The notes: generated by a model not told the origin, from the letters alone. DNA of 64,000 bases from Syncephalis fuscata S228 (GCA_025786725.1 JAHLTZ010000048.1:72575-136574), one strand, 5' to 3'. Numbered from the stretch's first letter, positions 40,523 to 53,887 are shown. Numbers and translations: made by a program.

Positions 40523-41278
40523 TTATAAATAAAAGAACCAGTCCATTCTTTCAACTTCAACTTCGCTTAGTGAAGTGCGGACAATAGTCCAGCACCATCC
40601 AATAGGAATCTGCGGTAGATTTTGAACTGATCCTAATCGTGCACGTAGCTCGGGACTGACATAGAAAGCACGCGGATAGTTAGCTTTTAACATACGTTGA
40701 GCCGATACTAGTCGAGCTAATGACGGAAACCGAATCACTCGAACATTAGCATGGATTTCATTACACTGATAGAGTGGCGGTGGTTGAACATCGCTTGCAT
40801 CGGCCACCTCAAACTCTTTCGAGTCTTTATTCTCGGCCATCTCTTCGTGTAACGACGATGGTATAGGTGCACGGGGCAGTGCTGCAGAGAATGATCCATT
40901 AGGTGAGTTGGCTTGGAGCTAGGCGGCGATCGTACAAGTTCCTCAGGCAATACGGTACCGCCACGCGTAAGTGCGCGGATCGTCGTATCAAATTCGCGAA
41001 TATGATGGGCAAGAATACGCTTTTGGTTGCGTACTAAGCACAATGTTGGATGATGCAGCGGAACCCGTTTTACAGAACTCACTACACCCTCTGCCTTGTC
41101 AAGGGATATCATAAGCTCAGTACGCAGGAAATCGGCCAACTATAAAACAAACCATTAATAAGGTTGAATAAATCGATTGTCACATAGTATTTATACTTAC
41201 GTCAGTCATAGCCATGCGATTAGTGCCAATAACTGGCGTGCTAGCCTTGTCAAATGGCATTCCTCCAATACTAGACAT
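40523..41278 (-). CDS. Hypothetical protein, 2 exons; 1-bp frameshift at ~40910
   Basis: ATG 41278 MSSIGGMPFDKASTPVIGTNRMAMTD | intron ~41140-41200 | LADFLRTELM...PPSSK; adding one C gives PNSPNGSFSAALPRAPIPSSLHEEMAENK..., joining ORFs 40735-41139 and 40523-40840. Confidence 0.65.
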
Positions 41279-41894
41279 GATGAGCAGTAGTTGCTGGTCT
41301 TTAGTATGAAATTACAAGCAACGACAACAGTTAGTGGCAGCAAATAAAACAAAATATACGCTTCAACACTGAAATATACGCAGTAGACTGGCCACTGCTA
41401 ACGAATAAAGCTCAAAGGCAATACAGTCGACCGTAGAAAGAATTAATATTATTCAAGAACACGGGAAGAAAAGGCATGGGATGTGTGTATTTGTAGTGAA
41501 TAGTCGTAGGCATGGCGGTCAGTTTGGTTAATACTGTTTATTCATATGATTGGCCAAACGATAGTACAACCGAACAATGTTGATTCGTTATTGGATGGCG
41601 GAGTGCCCTGGCATCCAATTCTTGGACCATCATAAAAGGAAAGTAAGATTTTAAATTAAAAATAACTCTGTCAGTATGTGAGAGTGGTTTGTTCTTGTTT
41701 CAAGTTTAAACAATGATTTGATTTCAAATATGCAGTTGCACCGAAATATTAATAGCAATGCTTTGTTCGATACAAGAAAGTGCCAAGATTCAAGGACGAT
41801 AAACCAGTATTTAAATTGATAGAGACGAGCAATAGTGGCGACAGTAGTAATAATGAATTTATTTAGATTTAATTATCGAGGTAATAATGCTCGA

Positions 41895-42828
41895 CTAGGC
41901 ACTAAATGGCCAAGGTGAAGCTTCCCAGTAGACGGCAACTCCCATGAGTGCCAGTGCCAGCAATACGGTAATAACAAAACAGGTACGGAATTCTTTACGC
42001 TGCCTTGTCTGCCCAGCTAATCCACAAGCCAAAGCAGCTACTAACAATAGAACAACGCTAATACCGAAAAATATACCAAAATACATTAATCGCTGAATAG
42101 CTTCGGCGCGTGGATTCTGCGGATCAAAGCAGGTCGGATAGCCTGCTTCTTCATCTCTAACACAGAGTCCAAGGCACTAGAATACATGTTAATGGCGAAG
42201 GGAAATAAAGCATTGTTGATCTAATACTTACTTGTTCAGAACTATCGCATTGCGATAGTACTTTCTTGCGCCAGCGACATGCCTGAGCGTCGTCGCAGTA
42301 GGCATCGGGCCCACAATTACCTAGGCCGTTAAGTGTTGCGCGTACAAGTCGGCCTGGTACCGCTTGTTGATAACGATCAACGATCAGTTGCATTTGGGCC
42401 GTTGATCCTGGTAACGGGCAACGTTGACAAGCGGATCCAATATTTACAATAGGTCCGGTATAATAGTTGCCACTGGGCAATGGCAAGGCTCGGCAGCCAA
42501 TGGTATCGGCAGGCTGGCATGTAAGACCGGTCGATGCAAGATAGCACATAAGATTTGAGGGACAGGTAAGATTATTAGCACAAGGGATGACTACATTGCC
42601 ATCGCCCGAACCGGCATTCGATTGAGAATTGGCCCCGATAGATAGGAAACATAAGATAGAAAATAGAGTTAAAAGCGTAGCCATAAAGTAGTTGACATTG
42701 TTTGTTGGTGCAGTTTTCGTTCGCGCTTTACGTAAAGATGGCTTGCGTATCGATGTGGCTAATAATCGATGGTTGGTTGGTTGAGCTGCTTGTTGCTTGT
42801 TTGCCGTTGAGTTAGCCATTATATTCAT
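41895..42828 (-). CDS. Orphan Cys-rich membrane protein (signal/anchor, 14-Cys ectodomain, two C-terminal TM helices)
   Basis: Intron 42177-42231 joins ...CDSSEQ|CLGLCVRDEEAGYPTCFDP...MYFGIFFGISVVLLLVAALACG...CFVITVLLALALMGVAVYW. Confidence 0.7.
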
Positions 42829-43432
42829 ATAGTTGGTTGTTGTTAATAAACAGCGATTTAATAAGTGTTAAGCAATAACAGATAGTAACATGTACACGAG
42901 TGTGAGATGGCAAGTAAATTCGTAATTACAATAACGCAGTAAACAATAATGCGTTTACTAGCGTCAATTGAAACGTGCTGGGGTAAATAAATATAGGCGG
43001 TGTAGGTCGGCTAGGCAAGCTCAGCGTTAGAAAGGAAACATAGGTAGTACAGTATGGTTCGCGAAAGGTGATATGCCGTTCGCCTGTTCAGCTGTTATCC
43101 GCGTGACCATCAATATGGCGGTACACCAAATAGTACCATTTTGGATCAGCATCTGTGAGATCTATTAGTATATAAACAAAATAGCTGCTTGCTGTTAGTA
43201 ATTAGTGTTGATATTTGATATATGTATTATTCTTGTAACCATTTGCATGTGACATTAACCGATCATTCAAGTATATGATGTATTTCTTGGTCATATCACC
43301 GTAACAGTAAAGCCATAATATTGGAATGGTAACAATACGATCATCGTAGAAATGTAATATTTCTACTATTAATAGCTGATTACAACAAAATCGTCTCATT
43401 CTTAGGTATAATATCTTGAAATCTGATAAAAC

Positions 43433-44440
43433 TTATTTTACAAATTTAATTGTAAATTATTGTGCTAATACTATGACAGTATTTTAATAGTGTTAATTTA
43501 CTTAGTAAATTGTAAATAATATTATGCATAGCTTTACATGAAATCAAGCAGATTGTGCGATATTTTGCACGAGTATGCGCATAGCATATAGGTAGCTATT
43601 GGTAAAATATACCGTGATTGAGTTTTGTGATGGCGTAGTAATTGTGATAATACGCTAATAAATGCGCAAAATATCGGTTTTTTACCAATCATGGCTTATA
43701 TAAACAAGATGCAGCAAAATGATTGCCGGATTCGAGCTCTCCATGCTTAGTTATACAGACTGGTATAAAAAATGAACAATGCTTTTTGCAAAAATGTTAG
43801 ACCGAAAACGTAGTTACATAAATAGCTGTTAACAAAGATTTACGTCATATTATATATATGTTATAAATCGCCAATTTGCATAGGTATTTCTGCCTAGCAA
43901 CTTTTATTATACTTGTTTTAGCATTGTAAAGTGTTTTGAATTTACTTTAGATTAATCTCATTTTAATATTAAAAGTTCCAAAATTATAAAATTGAATTAC
44001 TTTCATTAATTAAAACATGCGAATTGCATTTCGGCCTAACATTTTTACAAAAATCATTGTTCCATTTCTTATACCAATCTGTATAACTAAGCATGGAAAA
44101 CTCAAATCCGGCAATCATTTTGCTGCATCTTATTTATATAAGCCATTTTCAGTAAAAAACCGATATTTTTGCGCATTTATTAGCGTATTATCACAAGTAC
44201 TACACCATCACACAATACAATATGGTATATTTGCCAATAGCCACCATATGCTATGCATATTGTGCAAAATATCGCACAATCTGCTTCATTATATGTAAAA
44301 TTGTACGTATTTTAGCAACAATATATTAATTAAACATTGCTGTTGGTTTTGCTATTGCCTTTTACCACCTAATTACACTAAAAGCACCTTTTAATATTGC
44401 TAAATACTGTCATATCACTAGCACAATGCTTTGTAAATAA
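43433..44440. mobile_element. Fold-back / MITE-like long inverted repeat (core arms ~43533-43820 and ~44016-44298, ~195-bp spacer)
   Basis: The right arm is the reverse complement of the left, e.g. TTGTGATAATACGCTAATAAATGCGCAAAA and AAGATGCAGCAAAATGATTGCCGGATT; roughly 85-90% identity by eye; weaker similarity extends outward. No ORF, no clear target-site duplication. Confidence 0.7.
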
Positions 44441-44670
44441 CAAATAACGCCATTTTGCAATGTTTATGGATATTGTGTGTTGCAGCTAATTTTATGCACT
44501 ATAAACTCAACACTGCTAAGTGTATACCTTCCATTGTTATTTGTCCTACTCTATGTCATTTATTTTGTAGTAGCCACTTACTATTCATAGCCGCTATCCG
44601 TTTGTGCCCAGCTCAACAAAAAATATTATTCATTTATTGAGTCATATACGCGGATAAAACAAGCAATATG

Positions 44671-44720
44671 AGTACGCATATATTCAGTACACATATATGC
44701 TCTATTCACCTATATCATTT
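44671..44720 (-). repeat. Dispersed 50-bp repeat shared with the 59-kb fold-back (reverse complement of 59563-59612)
   Basis: AGTACGCATATATTCAGTACACATATATGCTCTATTCACCTATATCATTT vs AGTATGCATATATTCAGTATACATATATATTCTATTCATATGTACCATTT: 42/50 identical, ungapped. Confidence 0.6.
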
Positions 44721-45078
44721 ATAGCAAATATAGCTAATGATAGAATTTAAATGCTTTATATTGTTTTATTTTTAATATAGCTTCATTAGTTTATATGACT
44801 GATCATATTGTTACAGCTATTTGTTTTATGTAAATTAATGGTGTTATATGTTATAGCTTTGCTATATTTGACTGTTTAATCATTGTTTACGATATATTAT
44901 TTCTGGATTTATAACAGCGTATTTCTAATTTGTGGCACTTAATCTGTATCTTTAAAAAATTGCGTGTTACTGTAATGGCATACTTTTAAAATCTATTTTG
45001 TCAGTTTGGTAATAGCAGACTAAGAATTTAGTTAATAAAGTATTTTTGTTTAAAATAAAAATGAGGATTATTGGAAGT

Positions 45079-46298
45079 TCAGAATGCTTTTTCATCTTTG
45101 TGGATTGACCCGCAAGATGGCAGTGTTTCATCATCAGATATCAAATGCAGCTTATATACATTTGACTCTCTGTGAATGCATTTTGGACTAGCAGTACTAG
45201 TAGATATAGCTATTACTGAAAATAGTGCCAAATTGAAAATCCCGCGTAGTGGTGTGCAAATATCGCGTAATATAAACATAAAATATATTTTTATGCCTGC
45301 AAAAACAAGTAGTCGATTAATAAAAAGTGAAATCCTAAATAAAAACAACAATTGAATATATCTTAATAAAAAAAATCTGCTAACTGACCAGCAAAAAATG
45401 TATATTATAGTAAATACAATGGTGAGTATTGAAAATCGTTGCAAATATTGTTTAGCTGATTCTTTAGATGTTTCATCGCGTGAATTATTTTGTAATCGTT
45501 TATATACTCTATAATAAATAATACCGGCCCATATAAAGCTAATAGTATTTAATATAAAGACTATAAAAATAAATAGGTGAATCTGCATAAATTGCAAGCT
45601 GGGATAATTGTCTGTTATCCAGCACCTAATTCAATAGTTGTTAGTATATTCGATATGTTGCCCTTTCCTTTACTTACCATCCCATCATATGGCCGTATAT
45701 TAGGCCATATTTTGCTGTACTATAAACCAATAGAGGAACAAATCCATTAAGAGTTGAAATGATTGCAATGGTAATAAATGAAATAGTATTTAACTTGCGA
45801 ATGCGTTTGAGCGATAAATGTTTTACAACAATAAGAAATAGACTAATGCCGATTAACAAATCGCCCAATACACTCCATGCTATTCCGGTTTGTAGAATTG
45901 CGGCCTGATACTGACAAATGGGATGTTCGGCTGGAGAATCAATAGCGAAGCTACATGGAAAACAAATAGTTTAATTAGCATGGCCGATAGGGCAGTTGTG
46001 CTCGCTTGCCCCATCAACGTACAAACCAATGATTTGTCCAATACAACTCATGATGTCGCCGTAGGCATTAAAATACATGATACGAGCGATGGGCGTGCGG
46101 AATCGAGCAGATATATGATAGCTCTAGGTTGTTGCTACTAATTTAGTTTATCGCTATAGTGTAACACCATCGTATTTCTAGACAGAAGACCAGTTGACTT
46201 ACCACTACAATCGCTAAAGCACCCAGAGTGCCCAATGCGGATGCCACTAGTGTACACAAATTAAGCACAGCCAATTGATCTTTGTTAAAATTAGTCAT
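45079..46298 (-). CDS. 7-TM G-protein-coupled receptor, cAMP-receptor-like / Git3-related
   Basis: Spliced: MTNFNKDQLAVLNLCTLVASALGTLGALAIVV|SYHISARFRTPIARIMYFNAYGDIMSCIG...ICQYQAAILQ...YGHMMGW|CWITD...; the FRTPxxR, CxxQ and WCWI motifs are typical of this family. Confidence 0.75.
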
Positions 46299-47914
46299 TG
46301 TTATAAATTTTTATATAGACAAGCGTTATGATAATTATTTGATGGTATTGACAATAGCTATACGGAAATAAAGATTTGGCAGTTTTTTTGAGAAAAGTTG
46401 TTAGAATTTTAGAAATTTAGAACATATTTCGCTTTTAAACTAGCTAAGGCCTTACTATATGGTCACAAGATAGGATAGTGGGCATGGACTTGCGCATGTA
46501 TATGTTTGCGTGCATAAACCGGATTGGCTACTTGCTAGAAATTTATGCTACTTTTATCTGTTATAACCACTATTTACAAGTTATGGAGCCCACAAGTTTT
46601 CAGCACACATCCAACTATTTCAATCAATTAGTGAGGTTTTTGCAAAGCTTTCTTTTGCTTTATAATTACACCAAAGTTTTCTATATTTGCTAAATGTACA
46701 AAATGCTAAGCTAAATTTAATAGCTATATTTAAATTTTTACTTTCACTATTTACCAAGCCATACTATACTATGACATCAGTGCCAATCTATCTAATTTTT
46801 AACAGCCCTTTAATATTACATTCACAACTTATGTGAAAACAATAAATTCATTAACATCAAATAAATAGTCAGTTTTATTTGTGATCTGGTCTACTTGCAC
46901 ATGATTGGTGCACATCTAGTATGATATTAATAAACTGTATTGTAACAATAGCCGCTAGATAGATGGAAAGAAAGGTAGTCTATATTTTATTTAAAAGACC
47001 GGACATTAGCATGAAGATAGTAAGCTGTATTGAAGCTAATAGTAGATTAGTAAAAATGTATATGTTTATAAAATAATAATTTTAATTTAAAATAATGGTG
47101 TTAATCTTTTATATCCTAGCGTAACCAGAGTAGATATAAAAAGGCGCAAACTCTGCATTTGATTGTTATTACTACAATATACATAAAATCCATATATTGT
47201 TAAAGTACCAAAAGTATATTGATATTTTATTATATATAAGTAAATTCTGTTTTTTTAAATTTGGCACAATAAATTAATACAGTTTATACGTGTTCGATGT
47301 TGGCCTAAAAGTGCAGCGCTTTTAACGATATAAATATAGGCATGATGTTGCAATATATTAATTTACGTTTTTGTTCGGAGCTTAAATTTATGCTTGAATT
47401 ATTCTACACTATAATGTTGTTATTAAAGCTCATGCATTGTTATAAACACTTAAAATAATACAGCGGACTAATAAACAGTTTAATACCTTTTACTACAAAT
47501 CAATCATTATAATATTTAATCTAACTAATAAAATAAGTCATGTATTAATAACTTTTTTGTTTTCTAATTGATATAACAACAATAATGGCAATTCGCTAAA
47601 GACGAATCAACTATTAACACTCACGTGGAACACAATTGCGGAGAAGTTAAGGTGATTTTTATTGGTTTACATGAGACAACGGTTTCGTCATCTATTCCTC
47701 AACCAGTCACCGTCATCATTATCGCTACTTCTATAAATCCATTCTTCCATTATTATTATTATTATTGAAGTAACAACTATTCTGTTGATACCGCGTGGGT
47801 CTTATTGATTTATCGCGTTTTCTTTCCTCATCCTCACCTCTAGGTTATTTCAGTTTCATCACCGAACATTGTCATACTACTTTCAACTCCATCATCCTTA
47901 CAAGAACGGCCACC

Positions 47915-49124
47915 ATGTTGGCTAAAACGCTACTTCGTGCTACTAAGTTGCCGGCTAGACGCATTGTTGCCGCGTCGACCTATGGACAACTTCAGCGACA
48001 AAGCTGCAGTCCTGGCCTAGTCAGCTCGTTGTCATTCTCTACATCTTCTAGAAGAGCCGACTCATCGAGTAATTCTGACGACGCCACTGATGCTACGCAA
48101 AAAAGTGCAGCTTCTCGTGCAGCAGGCAAAGCATCCCAGCTCGTAAGCTCGCTACTACATGGCTCGAAGGCTGCCAAAGGGCCTGGTGATCATGAAGATG
48201 TATCTGAAACATTTTCCAAAGTATTGGCACGAGGCAAATATGTCCACGAACTGCAACGTAAGTTTAAATAGCTATTTTATTAGATAGTAGCTAATAGATA
48301 GATACCAACCATTACAACTATAGGACATAAAATCAAACCAGAATGCGTGGATGACTATGCAGCGCTAGTTGCGGAGCATTTCCCATATATTGCCAGCGGA
48401 GATCAGCAAGACGTAAAGCTATGTGGCTCATGGATGACACAAATCGGTGACCAAGACGAAGCGATGCATATTTGGGAATATACCGGCTATACCGGCCACG
48501 ACACAGCCACACGTCGTTTGCAACAAGATCCCAAGCATGCCGCGTTTCTACGCAAGCTTAGTCCTATGCTACGCTCACGGTCAAATCAAATATGTCTGGA
48601 ATTTGCCTTTTGGGCCACAATGGCACCTAGCTTCCATGGTGGTGTCTATGAACTTCGTAGCTATCGATTAAAGCCGGGCAATCTACTCGAATGGGAGACA
48701 AACTGGTAAGTAGCCCTTGCTAAACTGTATGTCCAGATGCGTCAACATTACCTGTATAGGCGACGTGGCTTGGAATGCCGTCGACAGTTCTGTGAGCCTA
48801 TTGGCGCATGGTTCTCGCAACTAGGCCAACTAAACTACGTTCATCATATGTGGCAATACCCGTAAGTAGCATTTATACACGTTAGCACAGAAATAATAAC
48901 ATCACAACAATATTTAGTGACTTGGAAAGCCGCAAACGCACTCGTGAACAAGCATGGAGCGTTAATGGCTGGGCCGAGACTGTATATAACACTGGTAAGT
49001 ATTTGTATTTATTGTCGCTCTTGACTATCATTAATCATTTACCCTATGCGCTATGTTAGTACGTCTTATCGACGAAATGAATGCGGTTATTCTCACGCCA
49101 TTGCCATTCAGTCCGCTAAAGTAA
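47915..49124 (+). CDS. NIPSNAP: NIPSNAP family protein, mitochondrial presequence
   Basis: MLAKTLLRATKLPARR presequence; FSKVLARGKYVHELQ, GSWMTQIGDQDEAMHIWEYTGY, GGVYELRSYRLKPGNLLEWETNW|RRGLECR, GAWFSQLGQLNYVHHMWQY, PLPFSPLK*. Confidence 0.92.
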
Positions 49125-49428
49125 AGAGCAATTCATGGCAAAAGCAAATCGCACACTCTATACTCTCTCATCATTACAGAAATAAACTGTCAGATTTAAA
49201 CTGTGAATCCTGCTTTCATTCTTTGCACAGGCATTCGTACAAACGCGTTTGTCTCTTATTCTGCGTCACTTTTCATCTGGCGTCACCGTTCATCGTGCAC
49301 GCGTGGATTCAACAACAAACATTATCGCTTTTAGTTACTATACCGTAGCGATCTACAATTGATTGCACGATCGCGATTGAATCTATAGTGCTTTCAAGGC
49401 GCGATTGCCGCCGGGTTTGTACGTAACA

Positions 49429-52400
49429 ATGGACTATCAATTTGATGGTAAGTAGAAGAAGAATCATCAACGTTTACAGCAAGCTGGAACAAGCGATGAA
49501 TATTATATTGTTCTATATATTCATATACTGACGTGACTAACCAGTGTATGCGTCCGAGGCTGATCTACTTCAAGATGGCACAGGCCAAACCATGCTTGAC
49601 GAAGAGGACGACGATGAAATCACCCAGGAAGATTGCTGGGCCGTCATCGGCTCATTCTTCGAAGACCGTGGTTTAGTACGCCAACAGCTCGACTCGTTCG
49701 ATGACTTTATTATGACAACGCTACAAGAGATTGTCGATGAAAACTCCAATACGGTATTGCAAACATCGACTATTAATCAAGGCACAGAGGAGGAAGTTAC
49801 CAAACGGTATCATATTGAGTTTGGTCAAGTCTATTTGTCCAAACCGTCAAATACAGAGGCTGATGGTAGTACTGACGCTCTTTTACCGCATCAAGCACGT
49901 CTTCGTAATCTAACATACGCTTCACCGATTTATCTTAATATGCGCAAGCGTGTTATGGTAGCTGACCCGAATCATCCCCGTAATCGAGATGGACAGGGTG
50001 AGATGTTTATGGAAGAAGAACGTGGTGAAGGCTATGAAGAGCCATGGACCAAAGTGTACATTGGTCGGGTAAGTTGTTTATAATATATTTAATTAAATGT
50101 GTATTAATAATATTACTATAAAATACAAAATATAAAATATAGATTCCAATTATGTTGCGATCTAGATTTTGCCATTTAAGCGAGTATAAAGAAAATGAAT
50201 TGTATAATTTACAAGAATGTCCACACGATCAGGTAATACGCTACATAAATAGCATTTAAGCTCATTTATATTAACCAATTAATAATATCAATAATAGGGT
50301 GGCTATTTTGTAATTAATGGCTCAGAGAAAGTACTAATTGCTCAAGAACGTATGGCCAGTAATCAAGTCTACGTGTTTTCAAAGGCCCAACCATCACCGT
50401 ATAGCTATACGGCAGAAATCCGCTCAGTTCCTGAACGTGGATCACATCATTCGTCGTCACTTAACATTAAAATGATGAGTAAAAGTGCCGATAAAGGTGT
50501 AAGTAGTGTGAATAACACTAAATCATACTGTACTCAATCAACTATTTGTAATTAGACTACCGGTCAATATATACGCGCTACACTGCCATATATTCGCCAA
50601 GATATTCCTATTGTTGTGGCATTCCGTGCTTTGGGCCTTATTGCCGACCGTGATATTCTAGAACATATCTGTTACGATCAAAACGACGAAGCAATGCTTG
50701 AAATGCTACGTCCATGCTTGGAAGAAGCCTTTGTTATTCAGGATCGTGAAGTAGCACTGGATTACATCGGTCGACGTGGCACTACCGTTGGTGCTAATCG
50801 CGAAAAGCGTATTAAATACGCCAATGAAATTCTACATAAAGAATTACTGCCACATGTTGGTACACAGCGTCATAATGAAACACGTAAAGCATTCTTCTTT
50901 GGCTACATGGTACATCGCCTATTACTTGCGGCTCTTGAACGACGCGAACTAGATGATCGTGATCATTATGGTAAGAAACGACTTGATCTGGCCGGTCCAC
51001 TTATTGCCGGTCTATTCCGTATGTTATTCCGCAAACTTACCAAAGATGTGGGCAAATACTTGCAACGAGTCATCGACGAGAATCGTGACTTTAACTTGAC
51101 ACTGGCTGTTAAATCGACCACACTAACCAATGGCTTGAAATACTCATTGGCCACCGGTAATTGGGGCGACCAAAAGAAAGCAATGCAGGTAAATAGTTAA
51201 AACTAGACTGCCTATAGACTATTTGGTTACTAATAATGACAATAATAACAATAACAACAACAACAATAATAATAATAGGCCCGTGCAGGTGTCTCTCAAG
51301 TATTGAATCGATATACATTTGCCTCAACACTATCTCATTTACGTCGATGCAATACACCTATTGGACGTGATGGCAAGATTGCCAAGCCACGTCAGCTTCA
51401 TAATACCCATTGGGGCATGGTCTGTCCAGCAGAAACACCTGAAGGCCAAGCATGTGGTCTAGTAAAGAATCTGGCTCTAATGACACATATATCTGTGGGC
51501 GCACCATCACGCCCAGTCATTGAATTCCTTGAAGAATGGGCACTTGTCAATCTAGATGAAATGTATGAGACCAAGTCGTCAGATGCCACTAAGGTATTCG
51601 TTAATGGTGTCTGGGTGGGTGTACACAACGATCCATCTCAACTGGTCAGTGTATTCCGTAATTTCCGTCGACATGAAACGGCAGCCACTCGTGTATTCCA
51701 AGAAGTATCTTGTGTACGCGACATTCGTGAACGTGAGTTATGGATGTTCAGCGATGCAGGTCGCTGTTGCCGCCCATTGTTCGTCGTAGAACAGAATCGA
51801 CTTAAAATTACTAAACAACAAGTACGCGATCTTGAAATACGAGACGATGAAGGCAAACGTACACAGGGGTGGAATCGACTTATATCGGAAGGTGTTATTG
51901 AATTTATCGATACAGAAGAAGAGGAAACTACGATGATTTGTATGTCGCCAGAAGATTTGGCTGAGGCACGTGAATACTACGAGACAGGTGTGCCACGTCC
52001 ACCATCGCGTGATCCAGCTGCTCGTATTCGCACTACTATTTACTCACATACATGGACCCATTGTGAGATTCATCCATCGATGATTCTAGGTATTTGTGCA
52101 TCCATTATTCCCTTCCCTGATCACAATCAGTCACCGCGTAATACTTACCAGTCGGCTATGGGTAAACAAGCCATGGGTGTCTATTTGACAAATTATCAAC
52201 TACGTATGGATACACTGGCCAATATTATCTATTATCCTCAAAAGCCACTTGTAACGACACGTGCTATGGAATATCTTAAATTCCGTGACTTGCCTGCCGG
52301 CCAGAATGCTACTGTAGCCATTCTTTGTTACAGCGGTTATAATCAAGAAGACTCGGTTATTATGAACCAGAGTAGTATTGATCGTGGTTTATTCCGTAGT

Positions 52401-53887
52401 TTGTTTTATCGTAGCTATATGGATCAAGAGAAGAAGATGGTAAGTAGTGGCTATTGATGAATAATCAGTCATTAATACATATATATATATATATAATGAT
52501 ACTATAGGGCGTAACGGCTATGGAAGAGTTTGAAAAGCCTCATCGCGACAATACATTGCGTATGAAGCATGGCACTTATGATAAATTAGAAGAGGACGGC
52601 CTTATTGCACCGGGTGTACGTGTATCTGGCGAGGATATTATTATTGGTAAAACAGCACCACTTCCTGATGAAAGTGCTGAGTTGGGACAGCGTACAAAGC
52701 AGCATTCACGTCGAGACATTAGTACGCCATTGCGTAGTACTGAAACGGGTATTGTTGATCAAGTGATGATTACAACGAACCAAGAAGGTGTTAAATTTGT
52801 TAAAGTGCGTGTTCGTAGTACGCGTATTCCTCAAATGGGCGGTAAGTAATAGCAATACCGTTGTTAGTAACTATAACCAATTAGTATGGCGTATTAGATA
52901 AATTTGCTAGTCGACATGGACAAAAAGGTACTATTGGTATTACGTATCGACAAGAAGATATGCCATTTACTGCTGATGGCATTGTACCTGATTTGATTAT
53001 TAATCCACATGCTATTCCAAGTCGAATGACTATCGGGCATATGGTCGAGTGCTTATTGAGCAAGGTAATTAATAGCTAAGCTACCATTGACTATGTTAAC
53101 TAATATTTATGCTTCTAGGTTGGTACATTGACGGGCAGTGAAGGTGATGCTACACCTTTCACCGATGTTACAGTCGATGCCATTTCAAAGGCACTGGCTG
53201 CTCATGGCTACCATCAGCGTGGCTATGAAGTGATGTATAATGGCCATACGGGTCGTAAACTAACCGCTCAAGTATTCCTGGGTCCAACATATTATCAACG
53301 ATTAAAGCATATGGTCGACGATAAGATCCATAGGTAAATAGACTAATGGGCTAATGGGCCAGTAGTCCTGTCACTAATGTATATAACTAATCATATAATA
53401 AATAGTCGTGCCCGTGGTCCAGTACAAATTCTAACACGTCAACCTGTCGAAGGTCGTAGTCGTGATGGTGGTCTTCGATTCGGTGAAATGGAACGTGATT
53501 GTATGATTGCCCATGGTGCGCCTCTTTCCTTAAGGTTTGTAACAAGATAGATAGATAGATAGATAGATACAAGTATTTAATGCATTTATAATGTATTTTG
53601 TTTATTAGGAGCGTTTGTTTGATGCTTCCGATGCGTATCGAGTTCATGTCTGTGACCTTTGTGGCTTAATGGCTATTGCTAATTTGAAAAAGAATACTTA
53701 CGAGTGTCGTTCATGCCGTAATAAGACACAGGTAGGCCATGGAATAACTGTTAGTAATGAAAACTAATAAGCCAACTATTATATCTATATATATTAGATA
53801 TCGCAACTATATATTCCTTATGCGTGCAAACTACTATTCCAAGAATTGATGGCCATGAATATTTCTCCTCGTTTAATGGTTGTCTAG
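49429..53887 (+). CDS. RPB2: RNA polymerase II second-largest subunit; 1-bp frameshift at ~53520
   Basis: [152 protein letters not shown]; ~11 introns. Confidence 0.98.

Noticed and set aside
43725-43745. GGATTCGAGCTC as a tRNA B-box (tRNA gene or SINE)
   Set aside because: No cloverleaf or A-box; motif not conserved in the other arm (GGATTTGAGTTT).
44017-44298. 93-aa ORF in the right arm as a transposase remnant
   Set aside because: No transposase motifs; the frame is not preserved in the left arm (indels).
49429-53887. RPB2, RRP5 and the GATA factor as pseudogenes
   Set aside because: Each is otherwise intact with a single homopolymer indel; a consensus error is far more likely than pseudogenisation.
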